Source: a virus (Duplodnaviria; Caudoviricetes). Taken from it: a stretch of 27,496 bases of DNA. The position numbers and the translations under genes are program-made. Location of the stretch: the IMG/VR virus record IMGVR_UViG_3300017785_003547, positions 1 to 27,496 of that record. The stretch is one strand, 5' to 3'. The notes beneath the pieces were generated by a model. That model was not told the DNA's origin and did no database searches. It was given only the letters and a program-made list of their open reading frames with translations. Position 1 is the stretch's first letter; each line of letters starts with the position of its first letter. Positions 25,625 to 27,496 of the stretch are shown here, in pieces.

Positions 25625-25804
25625 TCAGACGGATGTCTGGTCGGTGACGTTGCGCTCTAGGATTACCATGAGCTCCTCGTCAGTTATACCCAACATCTCT
25701 ACGAGTTTGGCAGGGCTTACATACTCGCGGATCTGCGCGGTCATGATAGGGTCAGCTATCATAACCTTGGCTAGGGCGGGGGCACTGTAGACGGGTGAGA
25801 TCAT
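25625..25804 (-). CDS. Hypothetical 59-aa protein (missing from ORF track), possibly HTH-like
   Basis: Translated by hand: MISPVYSAPALAKVMIADPIMTAQIREYVSPAKLVEMLGITDEELMVILERNVTDQTSV*. It has an ATGA overlap with the SSB stop. Confidence 0.6.
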   Translation of the reverse strand: MISPVYSAPALAKVMIADPIMTAQIREYVSPAKLVEMLGITDEELMVILERNVTDQTSV

Positions 25805-26325
25805 ATCACGCTTTCGTCTAGGGCGGTGAACTCTTGGCTCACGTCGATGTTACCCTCACCGAACGGGGCTCCATCTTTCACGAACTGCACAGCGCGGAGA
25901 GCAGCGTTGATGCGCTTCCCGTACTGATTGTCCTGAGCCCACACCCGAATGGTGGCGTTGACGTAGCTCCCTGCATAGGGCTTGCCATCCTCCTTGGTGA
26001 GAGGGGACATATCCCGAGCAACAACCCCCGGCCTACGATCCGAGCGGGCGTTAAGGAACATGACCGCAGGACCATACCCATCAGTCTCCTTCTCGGCCCC
26101 ATCACGTAAGCAAATCTTAGGGGGTACTTTACCCTTAAAGGTTTCGCGTACCACGGCGGCAATAGCGTCCTGTACCGCCTTGATATCGGCGGCGTTGGAC
26201 TTCTTGTCCATGATAAAGGCAGCTTGGTAGCTGCTCTTTGAGTTGGCGTCTGGACCCTGCTTAGGTTCCCACAGTGCGGGAAAGCTGAGACGGACGTTGT
26301 TCAGTTTAACATTAACTTCATTCAT
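25801..26325 (-). CDS. Single-stranded DNA-binding protein (DUF2815 / T7 gp2.5-like)
   Basis: NVRLSFPALWEP, LRDG, YAGSYVNA and LRAVQFVKDGAPFG motifs with an acidic C-tail. Confidence 0.88.
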   Translation of the reverse strand: MNEVNVKLNNVRLSFPALWEPKQGPDANSKSSYQAAFIMDKKSNAADIKAVQDAIAAVVRETFKGKVPPKICLRDGAEKETDGYGPAVMFLNARSDRRPGVVARDMSPLTKEDGKPYAGSYVNATIRVWAQDNQYGKRINAALRAVQFVKDGAPFGEGNIDVSQEFTALDESVI

Positions 26326-27464
26326 ATTAATTTCTCCAGTTGATCTAGTTTATTATTCAGCGACGGCCTATTATCTGACTCCAAAACGAGAGTAGGCTTT
26401 CCCTCGGGCTTAACAGTTAAATCCTCCAACCTGTTTTTGAAACGGTTGGAGAGAGTGATACCCTTCAGCGCACGGTCCACGGCGGCAGGGGAAATGAGGG
26501 ATGACGGGGGGCGCATCTCGGCCATCGTCAGGTGATTGGATAGCAGCTTCAGCACCGCCGCTTCGTCTGACCATGCGCGGTTAGACTTACCTTCTACCAG
26601 TTTGAAACCCATCTCGGGTTCCCCCTTCAGCAGGTCGGTCTTCTCCTGATCTTCAAGGGACTCTAGCCACTCGATCAGTTGACGCTTGTAGCGCAGAGCG
26701 CGGATGCGTTGCTCGCGGGATACTAGGTTGCTCGATGGTAGATCGATCACCCTAGCTTGATCAGGTAGGGCCACCAAACCCTGCGAGGCAAAGGCGGAAC
26801 AGATCCCCTTGGCCGTGCAGAACTTGCAAGCTGAGTCGGTGGGGACAAATTCCCCACGCCCTGCTAAGATGATCTCGGCCTTGTCGGCTAGCGTCTGGGT
26901 GTACTTGCGTAACTCCCCACGGGTAAGCATCCAAGTACGTACTGGCTCCCGATTGCTGCGGTCGCGGGGCTGGAAGATGGTTAGCTGCACGGGCAGAGTA
27001 TCGGGGACTTCCCCGATAACTTCCCACTGCTGGATCATAGACTCGGCATAGATCGCTAGCTGCGGATTGTAAACCGCCTGTACACTGACGCCCACCCCAT
27101 ACTTGAGGTCGATGATCTTGGCCCCATCGGGGTGCATGATGAAAGTATCCACAATACCGTTACGCTCGGGCAGATAGAAGAGGCTGACCTTCTTCTCGAT
27201 CCGCATGATCGAGTTTGGGGCAGTGTTCTGACTACGCACGTATTCCACGTAGTCGTGGACGTGAGGGGCCATACCCTCAGGCATATCCCCAGAGGGGAAT
27301 CCTAGCAGGAGGTTAGCCGCGCAGGTGTGCGCCAACGTACCCTCGTCCGCAAATACCCCACCATCCGGTGGTAGTTCTGACGCGTGGTCGAGCAGGAACT
27401 GCGGGCTCGCCGTGCATACGGACCAGCGGTGGGCTGACGATGGCCCGAGATTTAAGGGGCTCAT
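26322..27464 (-). CDS. DUF2800-like PD-(D/E)XK (Cas4-like) exonuclease
   Basis: PSSAHRW..C, EGTLAH, G.VD, IDLKYG, NPQLAIYA, CKFC and GFKLVEGKSNRAW motifs, in the typical nuclease-SSB-PolA order. Confidence 0.88.
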   Translation of the reverse strand: MSPLNLGPSSAHRWSVCTASPQFLLDHASELPPDGGVFADEGTLAHTCAANLLLGFPSGDMPEGMAPHVHDYVEYVRSQNTAPNSIMRIEKKVSLFYLPERNGIVDTFIMHPDGAKIIDLKYGVGVSVQAVYNPQLAIYAESMIQQWEVIGEVPDTLPVQLTIFQPRDRSNREPVRTWMLTRGELRKYTQTLADKAEIILAGRGEFVPTDSACKFCTAKGICSAFASQGLVALPDQARVIDLPSSNLVSREQRIRALRYKRQLIEWLESLEDQEKTDLLKGEPEMGFKLVEGKSNRAWSDEAAVLKLLSNHLTMAEMRPPSSLISPAAVDRALKGITLSNRFKNRLEDLTVKPEGKPTLVLESDNRPSLNNKLDQLEKLI

Positions 27465-27496
27465 GCAAGCTCCTTGAGGAGTTGCGCGTGGATCGA
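27461..27496 (-). CDS. C-terminal end of an upstream gene (truncated by window edge)
   Basis: Reads ...SIHAQLLKELA*, with the TGA overlapping the nuclease ATG (ATGA). Confidence 0.5.
   Translation of the reverse strand, partial: SIHAQLLKELA

Noticed and set aside
26322-27464. Cas4-like nuclease as evidence of a CRISPR system
   Set aside because: No array or other cas genes are present, and it sits in the standard nuclease-SSB-PolA phage replication module.

Overview
This is part of a dsDNA tailed-phage genome, probably podovirus-like, with two convergent gene arms meeting at about 19860. The + arm (1-19867) holds late/virion genes: the 3' end of a tail fibre gene, small membrane/lysis-type genes including a GTA-type holin, a tail nozzle/stabilisation-like protein with an inserted 7-blade beta-propeller, probable ejection (internal virion) proteins, and an unexpected PP-loop (PAPS-reductase-fold) enzyme. 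It ends with a 3116-aa polyvalent protein carrying two HExxH zincins, an ART-like domain, a glycosylase-like helical domain and a C-terminal LPD38-like domain. The - arm (19853-27496) is a replication module: DUF2800-like PD-(D/E)XK nuclease, DUF2815-like SSB, family A DNA polymerase, several hypotheticals, VRR-NUC, SNF2 helicase and a lysozyme-fold enzyme. Most notable are a recurring [RS][QY]SL[TAM][DE] motif at domain borders of the giant protein (possible self-processing injected polyprotein), the PP-loop enzyme among the ejection genes, a 27-bp RBS/start repeat flanking a gene cassette next to a cluster of palindromes, and an in-frame relic of a replaced tail-fibre C-terminus. No rRNA, tRNA, CRISPR array or integrase was recognised. 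All family assignments are by eye from motifs, not database searches.
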